Of a stretch of DNA of 64,000 nt, positions 61,363-64,000 are shown piece after piece. This DNA is from Pseudogymnoascus verrucosus. Taxonomy: Eukaryota. The translations under genes were made by a program, and so were the position numbers. Location: the NCBI GenBank assembly GCA_001662655.1, contig KV460211.1; one strand, written 5' to 3'. The first letter of the stretch is position 1, and every line of letters starts with the position of its first letter. The notes beneath the pieces were generated by a model. The model was not told the DNA's origin and searched no databases. It was given only the letters and a program-made list of their open reading frames with translations.

Positions 61363-64000
61363 CTACGCACTATCCAGCGTCTTCGGCGTCACCGGCGTGC
61401 TCTGCGCACGCCCAATGATAGAGCGACCAAGACTCTTCAGCTTCCCGACTGCCTCAGGCGGGCCATCGACATAAATGCTCGTGGCCTCCTTAACCTTGAC
61501 CTTACAGCACAAAGTCGAGAAGAGAAACTGGTCACCATTCGCGTCCATCAGCGGCAACGTGCGGTATCCCTGCTTCAAGCTCCCCAACTTCGCCGTATAC
61601 GTCGCCAGCGGCGTGCCGCGGTCGTCGTAGCTATGTCCATCGCGCGACGCGCGCACCGTCCAGCGCACGAACACGAGGTCGGGGTACTTAGTCGTCAGCG
61701 CGAACTTGAATTTCTGGTTGAAGAGCGGATTGAAACCGTTCTCAGGCACGATCTGGGTGCGCAGGCGGCGCGGGGCGCCGAGACCAGAGGAACCGCCGCG
61801 GCCGGCGGCGTCGGGTCCGCCTTCGCCTACTACGCCTGCGACGTCTTTGGCTTTGTCGTCGGCGTGGAAGACTTCGACTTCGACGTAGGGGTCGACGGTG
61901 CGGGTGGCGGGGAGGTTCTTGGGTCGCATGAGCTGCTGCGCGGAGATAACCTCGATGCTGAAGGTGACCAGCTTGCGCTCTCGCTTGACGTAGCCCTCGC
62001 CAGCGGCCTCGGGGACATTGGGGAGCATGGTGATCTCGCGCAGGCCGCTGGGCTTGAGAACGTAGCCGGAAACATCGGTGCCGCCTTCGAACATGGCATC
62101 GTTGATCTGCATGCCAAGATCGTAGGTCTGCCAGTTAAGCGCGGCCATCTGCACGCCACGGCGCCAGTAGGTCAGCGGATCGAAGTTGGTCGAGGCGACG
62201 CGCCACCCGTTGGGGTACACGCGCATCATGTGGCGCATGTTGTGGCGCACGAGCGCGCGCTTGGTGTCGGGCGTCTTGCTGTTCTTCGTGAATGTCGCTT
62301 CCATGAAGGAGTAGATGTGGTTGTAGGTCTTGCTCTCTGGCGTGTCGAAGCCGTGGAACTTGACGCCTGCGGTGTACACCCCTAGGTCGCCGAGAACCTT
62401 GACAATGTTGCTCTGCTGCTTGCGCTTCTCGGAACCGTCGTCGTTCATGCTCTCGCTCTCGCTCGTGCTGTTGCTCAGGCTGTCCTGGCTCTCGCCGGCA
62501 TGTTGGGGGGATCGTATGCTTGTAGTCTGACTGCGGGTGATGCCCATGGTGGGACGTTGGCGAGGGCTCATCGGTGGGCTTTGCAGGATCGACGCGTTTG
62601 GGATCATGGTGTTGTCAAGCACGATCGGTCGCACGTACGGAGAGTTGACGCTGGCTCCGCGTCTCCGGCCAGCTGTCACCTCGGCGTTGAAGGCCGGCTC
62701 ATCACAAGGCATCTTGACCTTGATCAGGATGCGATTCATCAGCTGTGACGGGCTTGGCAGCTGCTGGGAGTTCGGGTCCAGTGGCTCAGTGACGAGTTTC
62801 GATCCGCAGGTCGCCTTGATGATCTCCGCCATCATGATTTGCTGCTGTCGGCTGCAGTGGACTTCGAGAGAGATCAACAGCGGGAACTGAGAGCTGACGA
62901 AAGCATACTTGCTGATCGTAGTCATGACATCGGCGAACGAGACTTGGCTCGTCAGTGTCCTGCCGTGCATGACGACAGGACCCTCGCTGCCATCCCAGCA
63001 GTCGACCTCGACGCAGCGACAACCCTTCGACAGTGCTGAGATATAGGCCTCGACGCTCGATTGGCCTGCAACCTGCCTTCCTAGAAGGTACGTGTTATGA
63101 GAGCTTGATATATAGTACTCGTGAAGTGGTCGGTCGAGGGTGAAGTTTGCTGGAACATCTTTAATCGGAACATTATATGTAGAGGTAAGGTAGCTCGCCA
63201 GAGCGGACTCGTTCATCAATGGAGTCTCGCCGTTTTGGAGGTCTTGCTGGGCTTGCTCCTTGGTCTTCGATCTCCGGACAAACTTGCTGAACACAGTCGT
63301 CCAGTGAGTGCGACGGCCCTCGACATCCTCACCTTGCGTGTCCTTCAAGAACACCAGGAAGTCCTCGAGGGTAATGCCCTTCTTATCCGGCACGGTGAGC
63401 TCGTTATACAGAGCCCGCACGTCCTCGCGCCTCTTCATGAGATTGATGAGCTCCTGGAACTGGCCATATGTAAGTAGCCCGCACTTCAGCTCATCGACCT
63501 GGGCAAATTTGGCACGCAAATGATTGTTGACACCATGGATGTGTAAGCTCCGGCAAAGGCGCTCAACGCCTGTGATATCAATCATCTCCTCGTCCTCGGA
63601 GTGCGCCCTGTCGCCAAACTGCTTATTCATCTCACGACGCCAGTACGCGCGGACCGCCTTGTCGTTGAAGGACGACAGCGACGCCATCAACTCGTGTCGA
63701 TGTTTCGAGATGGCATCGAGGGTAGTCGTCCATAGCTCAAAGGTCCTGTCATCACCGGCAATTAAATGCATCAATTTCTGCGATCGGCCTTTCGATTTAT
63801 CAGATATCACGTAGAGGATTGAGAAAAAGCGGCGTTCGTCACAGGCCGGCACGCCAAACTCTGAGCGATAATTCCGCGCGTCTGACCCCGAGCGAATTTC
63901 TTTGATGTCGTCAATGTAGAAAGCCTTTGACGGTCTGTTCTTGTCCCATGAGACCTTTGCGGCATCGATATCGAGAGCAAATGTAAGCAGCTTCCTCTTC
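61363..64000 (-). CDS. PLC1: Phosphoinositide-specific phospholipase C (5' end beyond the window)
   Basis: PH and EF regions, X domain YYISSSHNTYL..GCRCVEVDCWDG..HGRTLT, Y domain RVYP..NFDP..GVQMAALNWQTYD, C2 domain DPYVEVE..NGFNP. Confidence 0.95.
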   Translation of the reverse strand, partial: KRKLLTFALDIDAAKVSWDKNRPSKAFYIDDIKEIRSGSDARNYRSEFGVPACDERRFFSILYVISDKSKGRSQKLMHLIAGDDRTFELWTTTLDAISKHRHELMASLSSFNDKAVRAYWRREMNKQFGDRAHSEDEEMIDITGVERLCRSLHIHGVNNHLRAKFAQVDELKCGLLTYGQFQELINLMKRREDVRALYNELTVPDKKGITLEDFLVFLKDTQGEDVEGRRTHWTTVFSKFVRRSKTKEQAQQDLQNGETPLMNESALASYLTSTYNVPIKDVPANFTLDRPLHEYYISSSHNTYLLGRQVAGQSSVEAYISALSKGCRCVEVDCWDGSEGPVVMHGRTLTSQVSFADVMTTISKYAFVSSQFPLLISLEVHCSRQQQIMMAEIIKATCGSKLVTEPLDPNSQQLPSPSQLMNRILIKVKMPCDEPAFNAEVTAGRRRGASVNSPYVRPIVLDNTMIPNASILQSPPMSPRQRPTMGITRSQTTSIRSPQHAGESQDSLSNSTSESESMNDDGSEKRKQQSNIVKVLGDLGVYTAGVKFHGFDTPESKTYNHIYSFMEATFTKNSKTPDTKRALVRHNMRHMMRVYPNGWRVASTNFDPLTYWRRGVQMAALNWQTYDLGMQINDAMFEGGTDVSGYVLKPSGLREITMLPNVPEAAGEGYVKRERKLVTFSIEVISAQQLMRPKNLPATRTVDPYVEVEVFHADDKAKDVAGVVGEGGPDAAGRGGSSGLGAPRRLRTQIVPENGFNPLFNQKFKFALTTKYPDLVFVRWTVRASRDGHSYDDRGTPLATYTAKLGSLKQGYRTLPLMDANGDQFLFSTLCCKVKVKEATSIYVDGPPEAVGKLKSLGRSIIGRAQSTPVTPKTLDSA

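Overview
Eukaryotic DNA from a filamentous ascomycete, judged from short GT-AG introns with CTRAC branch sites. A Leotiomycete/Pseudogymnoascus-like origin is my inference only. Most of the window is ordinary core genes: a GPI-type cell-wall protein, FIG1-like, CorA-like, AhpC/TSA-like, PPPDE-like, ERV41, an SSO syntaxin, IMP4, UPF1/NAM7, a histone-fold protein, a double-CBM1 secreted protein, a multi-OB-fold protein, a LIM/paxillin-like protein, INO1 and the 3' part of PLC1. A ~10 kb accessory island (about 49.9-60.0 kb) between INO1 and PLC1 holds the most interesting system, a head-to-head amyloid-signalling pair. One gene is a HeLo-like effector with a C-terminal two-repeat HET-s-like motif. 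The other is a NACHT-WD40 NLR whose matching single motif (QDISSVFIDHHSRGAVGTF) lies in a 103-nt first exon missed by the ORF track. The pair is bracketed by 47-bp direct repeats and by two disrupted, inverted F-box paralogs, and its WD repeats show RIP-like transitions. Other hidden features are a spliced, ACG-initiated 31-codon uORF in the INO1 leader, an indel-free 28-bp/140-bp higher-order repeat at 5.8-6.3 kb, and a Pol III-type (TATA, A box, B box, hairpin, T-run) element at 40.8-41.0 kb. All gene models were read by eye and no database searches were run.
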